Below are positions 1 to 7,700 of a stretch of 64,000 nucleotides of DNA, one piece after another. Numbering within the stretch: position 1 is the first letter of the stretch; each line of letters starts with the position of its first letter. The DNA comes from Thermoplasmata archaeon. Its GTDB lineage: Archaea; Thermoplasmatota; Thermoplasmata; RBG-16-68-12; JAFNFQ01. The position numbers and the translations under genes were made by a program. The stretch is from positions 32,001 through 96,000 of the forward strand of contig JBGPQV010000004.1 in assembly GCA_041489255.1 (NCBI GenBank). Direction: 5' to 3'. Under the pieces are notes generated by a model. That model was not told the origin of the DNA and did no database searches. It saw only the letters and a program-made list of their open reading frames with translations.

Positions 1-874
1 CGGACCGACGATCCAGGACGTCTTCTACAACGACGGTGTCGGGCCGGACCCGGTGAAGAGTCCCGATGGCATGTTCCCGTTCAGCGTCGACGACATGGCC
101 TCGCACGTCTACGGCGACAACGGCGTGTTCGTCATCACGCTGACAGTGACGGACGACGATGGCGGCATGGCGACTTACCAGACCACCGTCACAGTTCTCA
201 ACATCCCGCCAACGATAGTCGACGCCAAGGCATACCTGCTCGCGGACGTCACTCTGATGATATCAGGAGAGAAGTGGCATGATGTCATCCTCAGGCTGTT
301 CGAGGACGGTCAAGAGGTCGGATATGCCCAGGTCATCAGGTATCCCGGGAGCCCAAGTGAACAGTCGATGACGCTGCACGATGTAGAAATAACCTTGACC
401 GGGCAGTTCTCTGCGGTGGCATACTATACGCCTTCCGATGACCCCATAAACGGCCAGCCCAATGGGGCAGACCCGGCGTGGATCATCATCACCTGGGAAG
501 ACGGGAGGGAGACGACCCTCAAGCATAACTTCAACGTGATGGCGCCGGACAGGTGGATCTGGACCGTGGACAACCTCTACCTCTACGCGGCGAACGAGAT
601 TGTTCACGTCAAGGCGACCGCCACCGACCCGGGCAGCGACGACCTCACGTTCACCTGGGACTGGGGGGACGGGACTCCCTCGATCGCGACGACATACTTC
701 AACGATGGAATCGGGCCAGATCCGTACCCGAGCCCCGACGGGACTTACCCGTTCACCGCGACTGATTCAGCCCAACACATCTACGCCATGGCGGGTGACT
801 ACAGCTTGACGTTGACCGTGATGGACGACGATGGCGGCATGGTGAATCTCGTCATCGTCTTGGTTATCCCTTGA
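1..874 (+). CDS. PKD-repeat secreted/surface protein, C-terminal part (5' truncated by window)
   Basis: Motifs YGDNG..TLTVTDDDGG and DPGSDDLTFTWDWGDG; same C-terminal GEKWHD...YYTP.DDPINGQPNGA domain as 4751..9790. Confidence 0.85.
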   Translation, partial: GPTIQDVFYNDGVGPDPVKSPDGMFPFSVDDMASHVYGDNGVFVITLTVTDDDGGMATYQTTVTVLNIPPTIVDAKAYLLADVTLMISGEKWHDVILRLFEDGQEVGYAQVIRYPGSPSEQSMTLHDVEITLTGQFSAVAYYTPSDDPINGQPNGADPAWIIITWEDGRETTLKHNFNVMAPDRWIWTVDNLYLYAANEIVHVKATATDPGSDDLTFTWDWGDGTPSIATTYFNDGIGPDPYPSPDGTYPFTATDSAQHIYAMAGDYSLTLTVMDDDGGMVNLVIVLVIP

Positions 875-1690
875 GAGTGGCGGCACCGCCAAAGTCGGGA
901 TTCAATCGAGCAGTGAGAACACTCTTTTCCCTCAGCTTCTCGCTCTTCACACGGAATACGCGTTGACTTGGGCGCATGCGGCACGATATGACAAGTGATG
1001 GGGGCAATTGATGTTGACCATTGGAAGGCCAAGGTGGGACGACTCGCAGAACTAAGAGTGAGGAACCGGGCATTGCGGCGTCTTCCATGGTGTGTCTTAC
1101 GAACTTCATCGTGCCTGATTTGACAATGGATGACTGCGCCAGCCATCCAGTGACAGACAAAACGGTGCAGGCGACCGAGAAGACGATTGCATTGCCCATG
1201 CCGTCTGCTTCAGGATCAGGCTCCTCGCCGAAGAACCTCTTCGCCACCCAGCCCGCCCACTGGTCGGGCGTGCCCGACGGCGTGCCGAACGGGTTCACGA
1301 GCATGCAGCGGGTCAGGTGCGCGGTGATCATGTCGACGAACATCGCCATGAGCATGGACGGATTGCCGACCAGGTCGCCTATCATCTTCGGGAGCTGAGT
1401 TATGGCGCCGATTATCTCGTGGATGTGGAGGAAGATGCTCAGGTCCTCGAAGAGACCGACGAGCATGCCGAGGAAGAAGCCGAAGACGGCGCCGCCTATG
1501 GCGGGGCCGAGGAGGAAGGAGAGGAAGCCCGCCACGAGCTTGCCAATGAGGTAGGTGAGGCCGCCGCCGGCGGTCTTCTTCCATGACGTTGCCGGCGAGG
1601 TCGTAGGCTCCCGCCTCGACCTCGTAGCCCCACATGTAGTCCCCCCAGAAGTCTATCTCGAAGGTCGTGGAGTAGCGCTCCCCGCCGCGA
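864..1690 (-). pseudogene. Frameshifted fragment of a large membrane/surface protein
   Basis: Protein-like YSTTFEIDFWGDYMWGYEVEAGAYDLAGNVM in one frame continues in another as GGGLTYLIGKLVAGFLSFLLGPAIGGAVFGFFLG (hydrophobic); no credible start. Confidence 0.5.
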
Positions 1691-1791
1691 AGAACTTCCA
1701 GCGCATCCGGAGCAAGATCAGGCGGGAGAAGAAGGGCCTCGACGCGATTGTGCAGCCCGCGCCGATCCCGACGCCGCAACCGATGAAGTAG
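1681..1791 (+). pseudogene. Orphan 3' end of another gene (PAAKNFQRIRSKIRREKKGLDAIVQPAPIPTPQPMK*)
   Basis: Basic helix and Pro-rich tail ending in TAG immediately before the 21-bp array; abuts an opposite-strand fragment. Confidence 0.35.
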
Positions 1792-1795
1792 AGCC

Positions 1796-2400
1796 AATAT
1801 CCGTTTCCGACGAACCAAGACCCAAGGCCCCCGCATCCGGGGGCCACCTTTCCTTTCTCGAACTCGGCACGAGACAATCAAGATTCTGTCGCGCGTGATC
1901 CACTTCCCGCCCCGCCCAACCCGGATCCGATGCGGGGCGATTCGAAGCCGTCTACGGCACACTCGAATCTGATTCCGCGTCACCCGGTTCCGTGTCCGCT
2001 CCCTTGGATCGCCTCTAGCAGCCTCCGGAATCCGATTCCGGACAACCGGAATCCGTTTCCGCGCAGTTGTCCGACGGCGGGGGACAGTCGCCCGGAGGTC
2101 TGGACCGTTGTCCCCCGACTGGGGCGGACTGCGCGGGGACCTGGGACAGTTGTCCGCTGACGATGGACAGTTGCGCGGCGATGGGGGACAACCGTCCGCA
2201 GTTGGCGGGCGGTTGACCGGAACCCGGGACAGTTGCCCCCCGACGGAGGACAGTTGCGCGATGGCGGGGGAGAACTGTGCGGAGTTGGGGGCGGATTGTC
2301 CGAAGACGGATTCGGACTGTCCCAAGACGGATTTGGATCGCCCGAAGTTCGCTTCGACTGCCGAGAGAGGGGCCGAGGACCGGCCGCAATCGAACGCACC
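1796..2400. repeat. Degenerate ~21-bp periodic tandem array (roughly 28 units)
   Basis: e.g. cggaatccgattccggacaac/cggaatccgtttccgcgcagt; tgtccgctgacgatggacagt/tgcgcggcgatgggggacaac; tgtccgaagacggattcggac/tgtcccaagacggatttggat. Confidence 0.75.
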
Positions 2401-2470
2401 CCTCTTTCTTGGCAAGTCGGCTTCTCGGACGGATGTTGACTCGAGATCTGCAGCCAATAGCCGCCTTGCG

Positions 2471-2593
2471 CCCGCCACCGTCACGGACTCCGAGACGCAC
2501 GCCTGCGCGATGGCGGGAATGTATGAACTCAAGCTGACGGTGAGGGACGACGATAGCGGTTAAGCGAGATTCCTCGAGGTCATCATCATCTGA
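2471..2593 (+). repeat. Orphan degenerate copy of terminal PKD module (copy B, internally deleted)
   Basis: PATVTDSETHACAMAGMYELKLTVRDDDSG*ARFLEVIII* matches TATDSAQHIYAMAGDYSLTLTVMDDDGGMVNLVIVLVIP* of 1..874. Confidence 0.8.
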
Positions 2594-2672
2594 GGGGTTT
2601 CGCATGAGCTGGCGGCAGCCAGGGAATAATGATATACTCCATTAATCAATGCGTGTCTGAAGATGCCGAGGG

Positions 2673-3377
2673 ATGGTATCCGTGACCCAGCCATCACGCG
2701 CTCTGACCGAGTCCGACCGGACACCCACAGTGTTGACCCGGGCCGATTCCGGTTCCTCCGCGGGCCGGCAATGGCTCACCTACCTAGGGGTCTTCTGCTC
2801 CATAGCGGTGGTCATCCTTGCGTTCTGGGCCGGTCTCGCCCCGCATGAAGGATACTGGATATGGGGCGAACTTAGGTTCACTCCCCAAGAAGCCGCGTCC
2901 ATCAATGTTTCCCTGATTGCGGTTGCGCTGGAGTCCCGTGGCTACGTGGTGGCCTTCGTCCAAGGCGGCCCCGGTCAATCCTGGGGAGAACTGTCTGTGC
3001 TCAACCGCTCGAAACCGGACTTCCGGGCATGGATCAAGAACCCCGAGGGAAGCCCGCCCGACGCTCGCATATATGGTGAGCTCCGTTACGTAAGCGGGTG
3101 GGGAGCAGGGGCCGCACGTTTTGAATCAGCGGCGCGTCAAATAAGCGATAACGTTTCCGCCCTCGCGATGGATATGGGTTTCACCGTCGACGCAGGGCGA
3201 ATCGCAGTCGAGGACACCTTTGATACATTTGTGGACGTATCGGTGCGAGTGTTCGCGCTGTTCGTCGCTGTGACCGTCACGGCGGTGGTGGCCGCGCTGT
3301 TGGTCAAGTCCCGCAGGAAGTCGCGGCTGACCCCGCCGGTGCCGCCGCAGGCTCCTCCTTTCCCTCCGCAGGGCTAG
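2673..3377 (+). CDS. Hypothetical membrane protein (two TM segments, Pro-rich tail)
   Basis: Hydrophobic WLTYLGVFCSIAVVILAFWAG and VFALFVAVTVTAVVAALLVK followed by SRRKSR; AT-rich promoter-like tract at 2625-2650. Confidence 0.7.
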   Translation: MVSVTQPSRALTESDRTPTVLTRADSGSSAGRQWLTYLGVFCSIAVVILAFWAGLAPHEGYWIWGELRFTPQEAASINVSLIAVALESRGYVVAFVQGGPGQSWGELSVLNRSKPDFRAWIKNPEGSPPDARIYGELRYVSGWGAGAARFESAARQISDNVSALAMDMGFTVDAGRIAVEDTFDTFVDVSVRVFALFVAVTVTAVVAALLVKSRRKSRLTPPVPPQAPPFPPQG

Positions 3378-3378
3378 G

Positions 3379-3499
3379 GCCACAGACCCGATTCTCATTT
3401 GAGAACGGGAATCGGATTCTCCCGCCACCGCTACGACGTACTTCAATAACGGAACAGGACCCGATTGATATCCCAGTCCTGGCGGCACCTTCCCGTTCA
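3379..3499 (+). repeat. Orphan degenerate copy of terminal PKD module (copy C, front half)
   Basis: ATDP...PATATTYFNNGTGPD*YPSPGGTFPF; ends exactly at the hicA stop codon. Confidence 0.8.
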
Positions 3500-3720
3500 T
3501 AGCGCCTTGACGAACTCTTCTTCATCGATTCCGGCGTGCCGGAGCACCTTGCGGACGATGTTCCTGCCAAGCCCGCGGTGGAACGACACGATCAGGAAGT
3601 CCGGTCTGTCCGGGTGGACGAGCTTCCGGTGGCTCCCCTCTGGCTCCCCACGGTCCATCCGAACCGGGCCATCGCCCGGAGGAAGCGGCGACCGTCGATC
3701 TCCCCGGGCAGTCTCGCCAT
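3497..3720 (-). pseudogene. hicA: HicA-family mRNA interferase toxin with a 1-nt frameshift
   Basis: MARLPGEIDGRRFLRAMARFGWTVGSQRG in one frame, SHRKLVHPDRPDFLIVSFH...IDEEEFVKAL in another; adding one G to the run at 3635-3638 restores the HicA QRGSH motif. Confidence 0.8.
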
Positions 3721-3944
3721 CAGACGTCCACCGTGATGATCTTGACGGGGAGCGGGGCGGCAGCTCCGGGAGACCTCGCGGGTTTCCCCTTCGACGCCTC
3801 CTCGAGGTAGAAGCTGATCGCCTCCTTGACCAGCTTGCGCACCTCCTTTTCGCTCTCCGCGTCCACGAAGATTGGCAGGCCCGGTATCGTGGCGGCATAG
3901 TGCCCCGTCTCCGGGTCGTGTTCGACCACCACTTTGAACTTCAT
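3720..3944 (-). CDS. hicB: HicB-family antitoxin (short, no DNA-binding domain)
   Basis: MKFKVVVEHDPETGHYAATIPGLP..AESEKEVRKLVKEAISFYLE; TGATG overlap with hicA. Confidence 0.88.
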   Translation of the reverse strand: MKFKVVVEHDPETGHYAATIPGLPIFVDAESEKEVRKLVKEAISFYLEEASKGKPARSPGAAAPLPVKIITVDV

Positions 3945-4045
3945 CAAAGACACGATTCCCCCGGGGCATAATAAACCTGCCGAGCGAATGTTGCCAGAGG
4001 GAGAGATTGGGGGGCTCTGGCGGGTCCTTGTCGGAGGCATTGCGA

Positions 4046-4252
4046 GACTGGACTCCCGCCGCCGTCACGACACACTTCAACGACGGCATTGGACCCGACC
4101 CATACCCCAGTCCTGGCGGCACATCCCCGTTCACCGCGACGGACTCGCGGGAGCACATGTATGCTCTGAGGGGAACGCGTGTCATTGCCCTGAGCGTAGG
4201 CGACGATGACGGTGGCTCGTGCGAGGTCCAGCTCACCATCAGCTTGGGTTGA
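4046..4252 (+). repeat. Orphan copy of terminal PKD module (copy D)
   Basis: DWTPAAVTTHFNDGIGPDPYPSPGGTSPFTATDSREHMYA...SVGDDDGG...LG*; shares cccagtcctggcggcac with copy C. Confidence 0.82.
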
Positions 4253-4498
4253 GATTGGTCATTCTCCATGGTCATTCGCGGGCAAGTCGTCCACAACCAT
4301 GCGTATGGCGGCAGATAGTGGATTCACAGGAGCGACGAAACCTCGCTAGAGAATCGCCTCATAGACCTGTGATCTTGCACCATCGAAAGTGGAATTGAGA
4401 CTCGGACGACCGTATGTGAGATTCAAACAACTGTGCGGATTCTGCGACCAGCCGACCGACAACCTGTATCGAGGCATCATACTGTTCCTCAAGCGTTG

Positions 4499-4542
4499 CT
4501 CCACCGTAGGTCCACCGTAGCTCTACAGCTGCTCCACATTGG
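4499..4542. repeat. 4 x 11-bp degenerate tandem repeat
   Basis: ctccaccgtag gtccaccgtag ctctacagctg ctccacattgg. Confidence 0.55.
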
Positions 4543-4750
4543 ACAATCGTGCGTTCCCGATCTTGCGCGAGCTTGTCTGAGATTGTCCCGGCGAATCAGA
4601 GTCTCGCGAATCGAACATAACTTCGGGCGTCATTCAAGCGATGTCCAGTCGATTCCGAATCGGGCATTCCGCGGCCTGCTGGCCAGAATCTTATTATAGC
4701 CGCCAATCGATATGTCAACGTCTGGCCACGTGGGTCGGGGAGCATTGGTT

Positions 4751-7700
4751 ATGCCATCGAAAGCATTGCTTGCTTTGTGCTTCGCATCGATATTGACCGT
4801 GTCGGCCGTCGCGCCGATGTTTTCCGTCAGGAATCCCTTTGGATCGGGCGGGCTGTCGGCTATCGGACCGCTCGCGCCTGCGACCAGGGGCTTCCCGGAC
4901 AAGGACCCAGACAGCGGCAAGTTCCTCGGCCAGGCGGGAATCGGTCTCTCGACCTTGGCGGGGCAGACCAACAAACTGTACCTGGGGATACCGGCCGGAC
5001 GCGCGAGTTTCACGCTCAGCGTCTTCGATGGAGACGGAGACAACCATTGGGACCAACCGCAGCCTCCGGTCGACAGGCTTGACTACAAACTCTACAAGGA
5101 CCCCATGAAGACAGGCGCGAGTGTTCTTCTGGACTCATGGACTGACACAAGCCTTCTGGACGATGACTGGTCTGCACGCACGTACGCCACGAGCAACGAC
5201 TCGAGAGCTCCCAGTGGCAACTACTTCTACAGGATCGAGGTGAACTGGCATAGCCCCGGGAGCGCGAATGACATGGCCGGATTCAAGCTCAAGGTCGACG
5301 GCCAAATAAGCGTGGTCGGCAACCAGGCATTCTGCGTGCAGGGTGCGCCAATGAGCGGCAACGACCCGCCCCTCGGCAGCGGCGACCCGAACCCCGGAGA
5401 TCAGAACGACCCCAACGCGAACTCCTACGATGGGGACTGGTTCTTCTACTTCTATGTCCCTGCGAAGGTCGACACGATGAAGTTCAAGGACGGTGACCTG
5501 GACAGGGCGGACGATACGGACGACCCCAATACGCCGAACACGGACCCTGACGGACCCGGTCCGGCGGTTCCCGAAGGGGTCAATCATGGAATGCCCGCGG
5601 ACGACGGCGGCGGGGGGCCCAACACGGTTCCTCCAAGCATCATGTACAGGGTCACAGATCCTCAGAACAACGTCTACGCGAACAACAATCCATCGGGCAC
5701 CGAGGAGTGGGAGAACTTCATCATCTCCGACTTGGCCTCGGAGAACCCCGACTATCTGACATCCAAGATGCTCCAGCCCGGATTATGGAAGATGGAAATG
5801 AGGGGTCTGGACGCGCACAACCTGGCGTGCTTGAGCGCGCCCTACGAGGTCTTCCCGACGGACGAGCCGCCGCTCCCCCTCTATCCGCCGCCAATCGTGG
5901 AACCGGACGGGACCGCGACGGTCCATGTCCCGCCAGCCCAGACCGTGGGCTTCGGTCATAACGTGACGAACATGGGTGCCGCGCAGGTTTTCGACCTGGC
6001 GGCGGTGTCCGCGCATGGTTGGACGACACGCGTCTATCACGATCTCAACGGCGACGGGAACCTTGACCCCGGCGAGCCCCTGGTCAACAACACTGGGACG
6101 CTCGCGCAGAATGCGACGTACAAGATAATCGTCCAGGTGGATGTGCCGGTGCTTCTCACCGACACCGTCGATGTGACGACCGTCCGCGCATCGAGCCAGT
6201 TGGAGTGGGCGGTCCAGGGCACGGCTCACGACACCATCACGGTGATCACGAACCGCCCGCCAGTCGCGGATGCACGCGGCCCGTACATCGGATATGAGAA
6301 TGTCCCGATGATCCTGGATGGCGGCGGTTCCTACGACCCTGACAACGACAGCCTCCAATATAGATGGGACTACGAGAATGACGGGATTTGGGACACCGCA
6401 TGGGACGCGAGCCCGACAATCAGGCACACGTGGGGCGATGACTGGAAGGGCAGCATCGCGCTCGAGGTATCCGACGGTCAACTCACTGACAAGGCAACTG
6501 CGGATGTCGCTGTCTTGAACATGCTTCCCTCCGGGACTGCGGCGATAACCTCTTCGCAGAATGAAGGTTCCCCGATCACGTTCTCCGCTCACATCACTGA
6601 CCCAGGCAGCGACGACCTGTTCTTGACATGGTCGTGGGGCGATGGGACTCCAAATGAATTCTCGACCTATTACAACAATGGCGTCGGTCCAGACCCGTAC
6701 CCGAGCTACGACATCCACCCGAGGGACATAATCGACGTGAAGAGTCACACCTATGGAGACAACGGCGGTTTCGAAGTCACCGTCAACGTTCGCGACGATG
6801 ATTGTACGAACTGCACGGTCACGTTGAAAATCACCGCCACGCCGGCGAATCTACCGCCAGCAGTCGACGTGTCCGGCGGCATGAGCATCGACGAGGGGCA
6901 GTCCATCGCGCTCACCGCCGCCGCCAAGGACCCCGGCAGCGACGACCTGACATTCACTTGGCTCTGGGGAGAGGGATCCTCCGAGTCGCGGACGTACTTC
7001 AACAACGGCGTGAGCCCAGACCCGCCACAGAGCCCCGGCGGGACCTTCCCGTTCACGGCCACGGACAGCGCCACCCATCCCTATGGTGACAACGGTCTGT
7101 TCAGCCTGGCTCTCACCGTCGCCGATGACGATGGCGGCTCCGTGACATGGATCGGCCAATTGGCGGTGATGAACCTCCCGCCAGCGATCCAGCCATTCGG
7201 CCCGTACACTTCGAACGAAGGGAGCGCGTTCTCCGCCTCGGCCAGCGTGTCGGACCCTGGCAGCGACGACCTGACATTCTCATGGTCCTTCGAACTCGGA
7301 TCTAGCGTGTCGGTTACCTATTACAACGATGGCGTTGGCCCTGACCCGTATCCGAGCCCCGGCCCCGTGTACCCGTTTGCAGCTTCAGACACGGAGGCAC
7401 AAACCTATGGTGATGACGGATACTACGCCATCACACTGACGGTGACGGACGACGATGGCGGCGCATCATCGTATTCGACCTCGGTGACTGTGGCGAACTT
7501 GCCTCCGTCGATCACGCCATTTGGACCCTTCACGGTGAATGAGGGCAGTCCGTTCAACGTCTCCACTACAGCGACCGATCAGGGCAGCGACGACCTGGAA
7601 TTCTCGTGGTCGTTCGAGCTCGGCCCGACGATACAGAACATGCACTACAACGATGGCGCGAACCCGGACCCCGCGAAGAGCCCGTGGGGCGCCTTCCCCT

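Noticed and set aside
1796-2400. CRISPR array or real proteins from ORFs 1216..2532, 2015..2605, 2108..2563
   Set aside because: No constant repeat with unique spacers and no cas genes; the translations are low-complexity products of the 21-bp period.
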